Shown here piece after piece: positions 9,627 through 18,961 of a DNA stretch of 64,000 bases. Position 1 is the stretch's first letter, and each line of letters starts with the position of its first letter. The DNA lies in contig CAXXHB010000002.1 in assembly GCA_963664815.2 (NCBI GenBank), positions 768,001 through 832,000 of the forward strand, given 5' to 3'. The notes under the pieces were generated by a model. That model worked only from the letters and a program-made list of their open reading frames with translations, was not told the origin of the DNA and did no database searches. The stretch comes from Spirochaetota bacterium (GTDB lineage: Bacteria > Spirochaetota > UBA4802 > UBA5550). The position numbers and the translations under genes were made by a program.

Positions 9627-9653
9627 ATATCGACTGTATTAAGCTATATCTTA
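9627..9653 (-). promoter_or_regulatory. Sigma28 (FliA)-like promoter TAAG-N15-GTCGATAT
   Basis: Matches the TAAA-N15-GCCGATAA consensus; the same -10 and spacing occur upstream of flcA (63445-63471). Confidence 0.6.
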
Positions 9654-9729
9654 AAAAAACAAATTTATATGATTGAAATTTATCTATATGGAAATTAACA
9701 TAATATAAGCAAAATACAAGAGGTGATCT

Positions 9730-12219
9730 TTGAGAGGCATTGATAAAAATGTTAATATCTACCTTGAAGAAATCGGTACAGATACAGAAGAAAATAAAAA
9801 ATGTCTGGAAAAGCTGAACAAGATTCTTGAAGAGTTAAAAAACTCAGCAAACAGTGCTGAAAGAAAGCATTATTTTACATTTAAGGAAACAATAGACACT
9901 TTTAATCGGTATCTTATAGATAAAAAAATAAAGTTGAATGCATCTGAAAAGGACCGTTTGGCTGTAATTGCCTCATCCGGGCTTAATAATCTTGCAAAAA
10001 AAAGAATGGCTGAGGATCTGATACATCAGGTTAAGGTGCGGATTGCACATGAATATACTTTAAAAGAAGAAGCAGGGAAAAAAAAAGATGATATTACCCG
10101 CCTCAGGAAATCAGGTTTCTGGCTGACAGACTGGTACAGGCTCACAAAATTTGCACTTGAGTTCGGTACAATTACAACGTTTACTCACAGGTATCTTTCC
10201 AGGACACTTGACTTTATAAGGCTTAAAGCTGATGCCGCCCATAGAGAAATCATTTTTGATCTTAAAGAAATTCTGGATAAATATTATTATTATCTCAGTG
10301 TTCTTGAATATAATTCAATTGTCAGATTGTATAAGATGGGTGAATCAATTGATAAACTTGCTTCTTTGAAGCGGAATCTTTCATATCATCCTATTGAGAT
10401 ATTTGAAGAGATGAATGATTTTGCTGTTTCGTATATTTATGTTATGAGAAATATTAATTATATCGAAAGCGCCTTAAAAAAAGTATATAAAGATAAACAA
10501 CCCGGGCATGGATTTTTCGGACATGTGGGATTTCTTACTGACCGTCCGGTTGTTAATAATAAAAAGGTCAGGTACAATGAGGGGGATTTAATAACAGGAA
10601 CTATTCTCGGTGCATTATACTCTTATTACACAGCTTATCTTGGGGTAAGGGTGAAAACATTTAATCAGCTTATGTATATTATAAATGAAGAGGGTATGCT
10701 TAACGGTTCAGAGAAAGAATATACAAAAGAAGCAATAGCTGCAATTGAAAATGAGAGTCATCAGCAGATTACTGAAGGCACCAGGATAAAATCAAAGCTT
10801 TCTGAACTTGTGAACATTCCCGGAAAGTATTGCGAAATGGGGAAGAATCTCTCAAAGCGACTGTTTGAGATAGAAGCGCGTGGAAGCTTGAGTGTATGGA
10901 ATAAGGAATCCCAGTTGAAACCTTTTTTCAGACTGATGAAAGTTTTTGATGCATATTTGAAGTACATACTTGAAATGCTTGTAACATATGAAAGTTTTGA
11001 TCTTGAATATGATAATATAATAATAAAAGGTTATTTTGATAATTTTCCTGATCTAACTAAAGCTGTAGATGATTATCGTTCATTATCAATTGAACTTCAG
11101 GGAGTAAGAGGAAAAGATTTGCAGAACTTTAAATACCCATCTGAAACAGAGAAAGATGATTTTATAAAAAAATTGATGGAGTATGAAAATATTTCAACTC
11201 TTCCCGGTGAAATAAGGCTATTGAAAGAAACCTTAAATTTATTATCTGCGCGATGTTATAACTTGTGTATCAAATTTAATAATATACTGAATATTTTTTA
11301 TCAGCCTGGAAAAATTGAATCGCGCAATATTATTGAAAATTACAATTTTCTTATTAATGCTAAGATTATTCATCCCAAGGTGCGGCATCTTGAAATGATA
11401 TTAAATAAAAAAGATGTGTATCTTGTTGATTTGTTTGAAGCTGGTTGTTCAGTGGCTGAGTATTTCGCTGAGACATTGATGAACAAGGGGATAAAGGCTG
11501 CATTTGATGAAGTTTCAAAGCTTCAGAAAGAACTTCAAACTTATACAACTCAACCTGGGAATGATACAGGAAGCGTTGAATCCGGGGAAAGCAGAATAGG
11601 AGAGGATGATCTGAATTCAGACACAGAAAAAATGTATAAAGATGTGCTTACCGGTTTTAAAAGGTGGGAATATTTTGAAGATTTCATTTTGCCTGAAGTA
11701 TATGATGAAAATGGGATTTACAGAAGTGATGAATTGCGGCATGTTTTCTGTGCTGAGTTATATAATCTTGTGGATGTTAACCGTATATGCGGTAAAGATT
11801 CAGGAGATCTGGTGTATAAAAGGATTAGTGAAATTATAAATGAAACACTGGATTCTTCCACAGGCAGCTATATTGTGCTGAGAAGTAATGGAGGTCATAT
11901 TATCGGTTATATAAACGGTATCACTTCAGTAGAATCAATAGATTTACTTTTTAAAATTCTATATCTTGTTAAAGAATACTCTTTGAAAAGCAATATAGAA
12001 TCTCTCCCTGAGCTTATATTTAACGCTGGGATTTGTAAGGAAAATAAAGGAACTAGTGCTTTAAAAAATATTGAGTTTGCCCGTAATATAATGATTCAGG
12101 GATCGGATGGGCAAACCGGGCATCTTGCATTTCTGAGACACCCGGACCAGATTGTGAGTATCAAAGACTTTGACCTGAGAGGACGTTTGAGAGAAAACCT
12201 TATCTCGGTATTGAGCTGA
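9730..12219 (+). CDS. Large protein with uncharacterised helical N-terminus and degenerate C-terminal GGDEF domain
   Basis: SD GAGGTG, TTG start. C-terminus has DVLTG, VNRICGKDSGD and FNAGI, but RSNGGH replaces RxGGDEF. Confidence 0.7.
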   Translation: MRGIDKNVNIYLEEIGTDTEENKKCLEKLNKILEELKNSANSAERKHYFTFKETIDTFNRYLIDKKIKLNASEKDRLAVIASSGLNNLAKKRMAEDLIHQVKVRIAHEYTLKEEAGKKKDDITRLRKSGFWLTDWYRLTKFALEFGTITTFTHRYLSRTLDFIRLKADAAHREIIFDLKEILDKYYYYLSVLEYNSIVRLYKMGESIDKLASLKRNLSYHPIEIFEEMNDFAVSYIYVMRNINYIESALKKVYKDKQPGHGFFGHVGFLTDRPVVNNKKVRYNEGDLITGTILGALYSYYTAYLGVRVKTFNQLMYIINEEGMLNGSEKEYTKEAIAAIENESHQQITEGTRIKSKLSELVNIPGKYCEMGKNLSKRLFEIEARGSLSVWNKESQLKPFFRLMKVFDAYLKYILEMLVTYESFDLEYDNIIIKGYFDNFPDLTKAVDDYRSLSIELQGVRGKDLQNFKYPSETEKDDFIKKLMEYENISTLPGEIRLLKETLNLLSARCYNLCIKFNNILNIFYQPGKIESRNIIENYNFLINAKIIHPKVRHLEMILNKKDVYLVDLFEAGCSVAEYFAETLMNKGIKAAFDEVSKLQKELQTYTTQPGNDTGSVESGESRIGEDDLNSDTEKMYKDVLTGFKRWEYFEDFILPEVYDENGIYRSDELRHVFCAELYNLVDVNRICGKDSGDLVYKRISEIINETLDSSTGSYIVLRSNGGHIIGYINGITSVESIDLLFKILYLVKEYSLKSNIESLPELIFNAGICKENKGTSALKNIEFARNIMIQGSDGQTGHLAFLRHPDQIVSIKDFDLRGRLRENLISVLS

Positions 12220-12227
12220 TTATATAT

Positions 12228-13205
12228 ATGACGGACTTGAGACAAAAAGAAAGAGTAATAGCTTCACTAGTTAATAATGGTTATGATGGATTAAGGCTTG
12301 ATCTTTATCTTTCAAAAAGGTTCAGCTATATGAGCAGAACATCCTGGCAGAAAGAGATATCCCTGGGAAAGATTAAGCTGAATGGTCTGGTGATACATAA
12401 TTTAAAAAAAAGCGTTCATCCTGGTGACATGATTGAATATTTGGCCGGCAAAATAATGGAACCTGATATTGATCCCAAGTACTCTGTAATTTTTGAAAAT
12501 GAAAATTACCTTGCTGTCAATAAAACCGGTAATCTTCCTGTTCATCCCTCAGGAATTTTTTTCCGAAACACGCTTGTTATGCTTCTCGAAGAATATACAG
12601 GGAGAAAATATTTCCCAATACACAGACTTGACAGGGAAACTTCGGGAGCGTTGTTACTTGGGAAAAATTCTGAAGCAGCATCTGCAGTTCAGAAAAATTT
12701 CAGTAAAACAGCTAGGGAGTATATAGCCATAGTTACTGGAGATGTAGCGGAGAGTAATTTTATAATTGATGTTCCTATCGGACCTGCGCGAAATTCTCCT
12801 GTAAATAAAAAAAGAGAGGCATATGCAGGAGCGGATGAGTCTGCCATGACAGAATTTGAACTGGTTTCAAAATCAGGCTTTTTTTCTATTGTGAGAGCTT
12901 TTCCTGTTACCGGGAGGATGCACCAGATACGTGTTCATCTGAAATATGCAGGTTATCCGATAATCGGAGATAAGATGTATGGGTTTGATGAAACAATTTA
13001 TCTTGATTATGTGAAAAACGGAGATAGTGAAATATTAGCAGGGAGAGCCGGTTTTCACCGGTGCGCACTTCATTCACATTCATTTCTCTTTTTTGATCCC
13101 TTTGAAAAACATGAAATAAAGATTGAAGCGGATATTCCCAGTGATATGGCTACTTTTATTAAAAATAATGTTTTTATTAATAAAAACATTGACTCACATG
13201 TGTAA
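12228..13205 (+). CDS. RluA-family pseudouridine synthase with S4 domain
   Basis: RLDLYL (S4), VNK...VHP, HRLDRETSG, TGRMHQIRVH, GDKMYG. Confidence 0.93.
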   Translation: MTDLRQKERVIASLVNNGYDGLRLDLYLSKRFSYMSRTSWQKEISLGKIKLNGLVIHNLKKSVHPGDMIEYLAGKIMEPDIDPKYSVIFENENYLAVNKTGNLPVHPSGIFFRNTLVMLLEEYTGRKYFPIHRLDRETSGALLLGKNSEAASAVQKNFSKTAREYIAIVTGDVAESNFIIDVPIGPARNSPVNKKREAYAGADESAMTEFELVSKSGFFSIVRAFPVTGRMHQIRVHLKYAGYPIIGDKMYGFDETIYLDYVKNGDSEILAGRAGFHRCALHSHSFLFFDPFEKHEIKIEADIPSDMATFIKNNVFINKNIDSHV

Positions 13206-13241
13206 ATTAAAGATATGAGTGACATAGTTAAGTAAATAAAA

Positions 13242-15182
13242 TTGATTCAGTTAAAACAGATGTTCAGCAGAATAATTCATATTATTAGTTCCGGTTTCAG
13301 TAGACTTAAATTTAAATATAAGCTTACAATATATTTTACTATATTCGGGCTTCTTGTAGGTCATTTTTCTTTTATTTTTTATACCTCCATTGCAACAAAT
13401 AATTTAAAGCATATAGTATCTACAGTTGTAAATGACTGGCTTGAGAACAGTGGTTTGCCGGATGATGCAATTGAATCTTATATCGGGAAATCATACGATG
13501 GGAGAATGAATACAGCATTTCCATTTATATCAGTTTTTAAAGACGGGCCATCCGGCGATCCTCACAGGAACAAGCTTGATTTATATTACTACTCAACGAT
13601 GGAAAAAAAATGGTTTCGCCTTTATAGAAATGTTTATGGTTTTATAGCAAAAAGCGACATCGGCATTGAAGAGGAAACTGATGTATATACATTCACAAAG
13701 AAAGGAACACTCTCGTCCACGTATACACCTTTTTATGGGAAGACCGATAAAATTTATTTCTGGATAAATCTTACACGGCCTTTTGATAAAAACATTTACA
13801 TTGCCAGGATTGTATCGGATAGAAAAGGTGTCATAGCTTTTTTCGGAGGGAAGGAGATTGCTTTACTTTATACGCTTTTTCTTTTTATGCTTTCACTGTT
13901 TCTTTCGAGAATTATAGCGCTTCATATATCAAAACCGATTTTTGAACTTGATAAACAGGCTGCCGGTATTGCTTCAGGAAACCTCAATATCAGGACACAT
14001 ATTCTTTCAATGGATGAATTTGGCGGACTCTCTGCATCTATCAACAGAATGGCGGACAAGATTAAGGAGGATATCGATAAATTGAATAAAAGAATGGAGG
14101 CAATCTCAGTCATGAATAAAATCGATAAAGCTGTGTTGTCTTCCATTTCACGTTATGATCTTATTGACAGGGTAACAAATATTGTTTCAGAACTTTTCAG
14201 TGAGTGTATGGTAGCTTTGGGGACAATAGATATTGTAAAAGAAAAATACATAATTCTTTCACAATATATTAAAGGAATTAAAATCACATTTAGCGGGGAA
14301 TCAGCTTTATCTTTTGATAATCTTGGCAGGGATAATCTGGAAAAAAATAAAAACTTCTTCATTCTTGATAAGAATACAGATGGAAAATATCTGGATATTT
14401 TAAATAATCTTAATCATCGGAATTTTTCTTGTATGATTAATCTTCCCATATTTCTTGATGAAGAGTATATGGGTTCACTCATTATAGGAAAAGACTCGGA
14501 TACACTTTTTACTGATTTTGAGCTTGATACATTAAAAGCCTTAGCTGATCAGGCCGGTGTTGCCATGAAGAGTGTGAAATATTTCGAGGAAAAGGAGAAT
14601 CTCTTCCTCGGAATACTGGTGGCTCTTTCAAAAGCTATAGATGCAAAATCTAAATGGACTGCAGGACACAGTGAAAGGGTTGCATACTATTCTGAAAAAC
14701 TGGCGATAATGATGGAGATGGATGAGATCTTTTTAAATAATCTAAAAATTTCAGCAAACCTGCATGATATAGGTAAAATAGGTGTCCCTGAGTTTATTCT
14801 CAATAAACCGGAGGTTCTAAACAATGAAGAGAAGGAAATTATAAAGAAACATCCCCAAGATGGTTCTGCAATTGTTGAAGAGATTCCCGGTCATGAAAGA
14901 TTTCTGAACGGGATATTATTTCATCATGAGTCATGGGATGGAGGCGGTTATCCGTTTGGCCTTAAGGGCAGGGCTATACCTCTCATGGGGCGGCTGATAG
15001 CCGTAGCTGATATTTATGACGCACTTATTTCAGACAGGCCGTATAGAAACGGGATGAGCACCTTGGAGGCTATTGAGATTCTGATTTCCGAAAAAGGGAA
15101 AAAGCTCGATCCGGCAATTGTTGATCTTATGATTACAATAATTGAAAGTGAAAAAAATAAGAGACAGTTTCAAATAGAATAG
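13242..15182 (+). CDS. Membrane HAMP-GAF-HD-GYP c-di-GMP phosphodiesterase
   Basis: Two TM segments, HAMP (DEFGGLSASINRM), GAF, GHSERV, LHDIGK, HHESWDGGGYP, ADIYDA, DRPYR. Start may be ATG 13260. Confidence 0.9.
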   Translation: MIQLKQMFSRIIHIISSGFSRLKFKYKLTIYFTIFGLLVGHFSFIFYTSIATNNLKHIVSTVVNDWLENSGLPDDAIESYIGKSYDGRMNTAFPFISVFKDGPSGDPHRNKLDLYYYSTMEKKWFRLYRNVYGFIAKSDIGIEEETDVYTFTKKGTLSSTYTPFYGKTDKIYFWINLTRPFDKNIYIARIVSDRKGVIAFFGGKEIALLYTLFLFMLSLFLSRIIALHISKPIFELDKQAAGIASGNLNIRTHILSMDEFGGLSASINRMADKIKEDIDKLNKRMEAISVMNKIDKAVLSSISRYDLIDRVTNIVSELFSECMVALGTIDIVKEKYIILSQYIKGIKITFSGESALSFDNLGRDNLEKNKNFFILDKNTDGKYLDILNNLNHRNFSCMINLPIFLDEEYMGSLIIGKDSDTLFTDFELDTLKALADQAGVAMKSVKYFEEKENLFLGILVALSKAIDAKSKWTAGHSERVAYYSEKLAIMMEMDEIFLNNLKISANLHDIGKIGVPEFILNKPEVLNNEEKEIIKKHPQDGSAIVEEIPGHERFLNGILFHHESWDGGGYPFGLKGRAIPLMGRLIAVADIYDALISDRPYRNGMSTLEAIEILISEKGKKLDPAIVDLMITIIESEKNKRQFQIE

Positions 15183-15358
15183 GTTGGATCTTTTTTTATA
15201 AGTATTTCTTTAATTTTCGAATCGCCTGCCGAAAAATAGATTATATGCGATTCCATAAGAGAATATTCATTCATAATCACAAAAAGCTCTTCATCGAGTT
15301 TCGGGTCAAGGAGATCAATTTCTCTAAGTTTTTTATTCCCTATGTATATGGCTTTCAT
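15170..15358 (-). CDS. Small hypothetical protein (62 aa)
   Basis: ATG with AGGGA SD; convergent with the HD-GYP gene; plausible composition. Confidence 0.55.
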   Translation of the reverse strand: MKAIYIGNKKLREIDLLDPKLDEELFVIMNEYSLMESHIIYFSAGDSKIKEILIKKDPTYSI

Positions 15359-15483
15359 AGTTATCCCTGAACATTTATTTAATTAACGGTTTATATTTAA
15401 TTTAATATTTGTCCAGTATTTTAATACATTTTTTTCTGGGGAAAAGTAATTAGTTGAAAAAACATGCAAACTCTAATATGGTT

Positions 15484-15656
15484 CCGTTTCAAGCGGCAGT
15501 ATGAATAACGAAAAATTGAACATGTCTGAATAATGGCATAAAATGACCTGAGTTAATAGTATTGATTGAGATGAATTGAAGCTACATCAGTAAAAGATTG
15601 ACAGGATAATTATTCAGGCATTTTGTGAAAAATCATTTGCCATGCAACGGTTTTTT
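15484..15656 (+). ncRNA. Candidate rod-shaped structured RNA (~170 nt, 6S-like)
   Basis: End-to-end nested helices: CCGTT/AACGG, GGCA/TGCC, ATGA/TCAT, ATGTCTGAATAAT/ATTATTCAGGCAT, CCTG/CAGG, TTAAT/ATTGA, TATTGAT/ATCAGTA. Wobbles are G-U on the + strand; T6 tail. Confidence 0.55.
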
Positions 15657-15757
15657 AGTATTGACTTTTTTCCTGTGTTTATTGTAATTGCAGAGTGTGT
15701 TCCAGTAATTACCGCTGTTTTGATATAAAAAATTTATTATTAAAAAGAATAAAACTT

Positions 15758-16453
15758 ATGTTTAAATTAAAAAAATATTTTTTTGCAACCATCGCGCTTC
15801 TTTTTTCTTTTTATACAATCAATGGTTTTGCATATAAATTTGATTTTGTTACCGTGAGTGATGTTGTTAACAATATTAAAAAGAATTATAGCGGACTTGA
15901 ATCGTATCAGGCAAATTTTATAATACTCTCTGATAAAGGGGGAAAGAAAAATACGCAGACCGGGATACTGAGATTTAAATCTGCCGACAAACTTATTATG
16001 GAATTTCTACAACCCTCAAGACAGAAAATTGTATCAGATGGTAAAATGATGTGGATATATATCCCTTCAATGAATGTTGTAGCAGAGCAGGATCTCATGT
16101 CGGATTCCGGGCTCTTTACTTCCGGTTCTGAGGCTGGCTTAAACAGGCTGTTTTCCAAATATCATTACAGGTTTGCTTCGAAAACTGAACCGGAGACTAT
16201 GGTTGATGGTATCAAAATGTATACTCTCGTACTCAAACAAAAAGAAAGCAGGGGAGGGTACAAGACTATCAATCTTTGGATTTCTGAAAACTATTTTATT
16301 CAGAGAGCTGAGGGTTTTACATCTTCCGGAAAAAAAGTTGAAATTACACTGTCAGATATAAAGACAAACGTTGATCTGCCGAATGGAATATTCAAATTTG
16401 ATGTTCCAGCAACGGCAAGGGTTATAAAAAATCCTATGATATCAGAGGAGTAA
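15758..16453 (+). CDS. lolA: Outer-membrane lipoprotein carrier protein LolA
   Basis: Signal peptide, QKIVSDGKMMWIYIP, C-terminal FKFDVP; typical lolA-rodZ-rimO-pgsA context. Start set at ATG 15758. Confidence 0.85.
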   Translation: MFKLKKYFFATIALLFSFYTINGFAYKFDFVTVSDVVNNIKKNYSGLESYQANFIILSDKGGKKNTQTGILRFKSADKLIMEFLQPSRQKIVSDGKMMWIYIPSMNVVAEQDLMSDSGLFTSGSEAGLNRLFSKYHYRFASKTEPETMVDGIKMYTLVLKQKESRGGYKTINLWISENYFIQRAEGFTSSGKKVEITLSDIKTNVDLPNGIFKFDVPATARVIKNPMISEE

Positions 16454-16456
16454 GTT

Positions 16457-17602
16457 GTGGAGAGTATTGGAATTAGGCTTAAACAGGCGCGGGAAGCGAA
16501 AAAACTCACAATAAAAAATGTATCTCTTGATACAAATATGTCTCCTTCTTTTATTGAAGCGCTGGAAGATGAGGATTTTGATAAATTCCCCGGGGAAACA
16601 TACATAATCGGTTTTCTGAAAACATATTCAGAATTTCTAAAACTTGATCCTGAAGAGATTGTAATGCTGTATAAGGGGTATAAAATAGGTGAATCAGCTA
16701 CTCCTCTTGAGGAACTGACAAGGCCATCCAAGTCACGGTTTGTTGTCAATGTCCAGGCTTTTTATGAGAGGTATAGAAATTTTGTTTTTTTTGGTGGAGT
16801 TGCTCTTCTTTCCATTCTTATTATATGGGGATTGTGGTGGATGAACAGGGCTGATGTCACTGTTGATGAATCTGATTCCGTAGCACGTATAAAGAAAAAT
16901 TATGAAGAGAGCCAGAATTCCAGTATAAAAAATATAAAAAATCTGCAGCTCTCAAACGATAAGGGTTTTACGCTTATTTATAAAGGAGAAGCTGTTCAGT
17001 TCCTTGTTGAGAATAAAGAGGTTGTTTTTCTTCTTAAAGAGATTGGTGATAATAAAGTAACAGTAAATTTTCTGAACAATGATAAAGACATAGTTATGGA
17101 AATAGATAAACAGATTCCTGTTGTTGTTGCCGAATGTCCTCGGGAAATTCTTCTTACATTAAAAGGTCTTACTGAAAGCAGAGCTAAGGTAATGATAGAC
17201 CTTGGACGTGATTTAAAAGCTGAGATGAATGCTGCAGCAAATACATCAGGGAACACCGAGGTTAAACCTTTAACCGAAGGTGATAATACAAAGGTCATAG
17301 CACAAAGTAATAAAAGTTTGAAGATTGTTTTTGAAGTAAAATTCATACAGAAATCATTTATTGAAATATATCTTGATGGCAACAGAAAACAGAGAGGGTT
17401 TATGCCCGCCGGAAGCGTTGAAAGATGGGAAGCTTCGGAATATATACAGATGAAAATAGGGAATGCCGGTGGTATCCAGTCTACAATAAATGGTAAAGAA
17501 TTTGTATTTGGTAAACCTGGTCAGGTTGCCAATAAAATAATAACATGGAAAAAAGATGTAACAAATCCGAATCTTTATCACATTGATGTTAAGGACTGGT
17601 GA
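16457..17602 (+). CDS. rodZ: RodZ-like cytoskeletal protein (HTH, TM, C-terminal DUF4115-like domain)
   Basis: IGIRLKQARE...FIEALEDEDFDKFPGETYIIGFLKTYSEFLKL, single TM, IGNAGG. Confidence 0.85.
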   Translation: MESIGIRLKQAREAKKLTIKNVSLDTNMSPSFIEALEDEDFDKFPGETYIIGFLKTYSEFLKLDPEEIVMLYKGYKIGESATPLEELTRPSKSRFVVNVQAFYERYRNFVFFGGVALLSILIIWGLWWMNRADVTVDESDSVARIKKNYEESQNSSIKNIKNLQLSNDKGFTLIYKGEAVQFLVENKEVVFLLKEIGDNKVTVNFLNNDKDIVMEIDKQIPVVVAECPREILLTLKGLTESRAKVMIDLGRDLKAEMNAAANTSGNTEVKPLTEGDNTKVIAQSNKSLKIVFEVKFIQKSFIEIYLDGNRKQRGFMPAGSVERWEASEYIQMKIGNAGGIQSTINGKEFVFGKPGQVANKIITWKKDVTNPNLYHIDVKDW

Positions 17603-17605
17603 GAT

Positions 17606-18961
17606 GTGTTTAAATCCTCCGATCTTTCTTTCTATATTATTTCACTTGGTTGTTCAAAAAACTTAGTTGATTCTGAAAAAATCAATGGGGAGATGATTAG
17701 TGCCGGTTTCTCTTCCTCTGATGCATCAGAAGATTCTGATTTAATAATAATAAATACCTGTGGTTTTATTCAAACTGCAAAAGAAGAAGCTATCGAGGTT
17801 ATACTTGATGCTGTCTCAATCAGGGATAGTTTAAACAAAAGCCATTTATCTCCGTTAAAAATGTTTCGCCATGCGAAAATTGATACTAAAACATTTAGCC
17901 GTAAGGTTGTTGTTACCGGATGTTTATCTCAAAGATATTTCAATGAAATAGCGGGTGAAATTCCTGAGATAGATTTTCTCTATGGTATACCTGATGATAA
18001 ATTCGTAATGGAAATGTGTCGTAAATTTGGAATAATAACAGGAAAAATTGTCACATCACGAGTAAAACTTTATAACAGTTATCCATATTCATACCTTAAA
18101 ATTTCAGATGGATGCTCCAACAACTGCAGTTATTGTGCGATTCCACTTATAAGGGGGCCACATGTTCCTTTCCCGCCGGAACAGATTATTAAAGATGCAA
18201 ACGATGTAGTGAATAACGGTGCACTTGAATTAAATATTATAGCTCAGGATATTGCGGTATACAGATTCGGGGAGATGGATCTTGTTTCTCTTGTTAATGA
18301 AATATCCGGAATAGATAAACTCCGGTGGATAAGGCTTCTTTACTGTCATCCCGATCACATAACAGATCGGATAATAAATCTCATAGCTGATAATGAAAAG
18401 GTGGTTCCTTATATAGATATCCCGTTTCAGCATGTCAGCAGGTCGTTGCTGAAATCGATGGGAAGAGACGGCGATAGTGATAAATATATTCAGCTTATTG
18501 AGAAACTAAGGGAGAAAATTCCTCGTATAACAATAAGGTCAACTTTTTTGATAGGTTATCCGGGAGCAGGAGAAAATGAATATCGCGAGTTGATATCTTT
18601 CATTAAGATGGCAAAACTTGACAAGGTAGGGTGCTTCATCTATTCACCTGAAGAGGGTACAAAGGCTTCTGAATTTCCAGATAAGCTTACTATTGAAGAA
18701 AAAAACGAACGGCTAGAGGAACTTATGTCACTTCAACTGGAGATTTCCAGGGAGAAACTTAATAAAAAAATCGGTTTTGATATGGATGTGCTTGTTGAAG
18801 AGAAGATTGATGATAATACATATATTGGGAGAACAGAATCAGACGCTCCTGAGGTGGATGGAGTTTTTTACTTGACCGCCGGCACTGATATAGTTAATAA
18901 TATTGTTCGAGCCAGAGTAACCGATTCTGTTGAATATGATCTTATAGGGGTAATGATTTGA
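17606..18961 (+). CDS. rimO: Ribosomal protein S12 methylthiotransferase
   Basis: SLGCSKNLVDSE, INTCGFI, CSNNCSYC, DAPEVDG, YDLIG. Confidence 0.93.
   Translation: MFKSSDLSFYIISLGCSKNLVDSEKINGEMISAGFSSSDASEDSDLIIINTCGFIQTAKEEAIEVILDAVSIRDSLNKSHLSPLKMFRHAKIDTKTFSRKVVVTGCLSQRYFNEIAGEIPEIDFLYGIPDDKFVMEMCRKFGIITGKIVTSRVKLYNSYPYSYLKISDGCSNNCSYCAIPLIRGPHVPFPPEQIIKDANDVVNNGALELNIIAQDIAVYRFGEMDLVSLVNEISGIDKLRWIRLLYCHPDHITDRIINLIADNEKVVPYIDIPFQHVSRSLLKSMGRDGDSDKYIQLIEKLREKIPRITIRSTFLIGYPGAGENEYRELISFIKMAKLDKVGCFIYSPEEGTKASEFPDKLTIEEKNERLEELMSLQLEISREKLNKKIGFDMDVLVEEKIDDNTYIGRTESDAPEVDGVFYLTAGTDIVNNIVRARVTDSVEYDLIGVMI

Noticed and set aside
9211-9729. oriC candidate
   Set aside because: Only one DnaA box, and no dnaA/dnaN/gidA context in the window.
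9730-12219. Cas10, reverse transcriptase or other polymerase palm protein
   Set aside because: No GGDD/YADD motif and no HD domain; the flanking motifs match the GGDEF fold.
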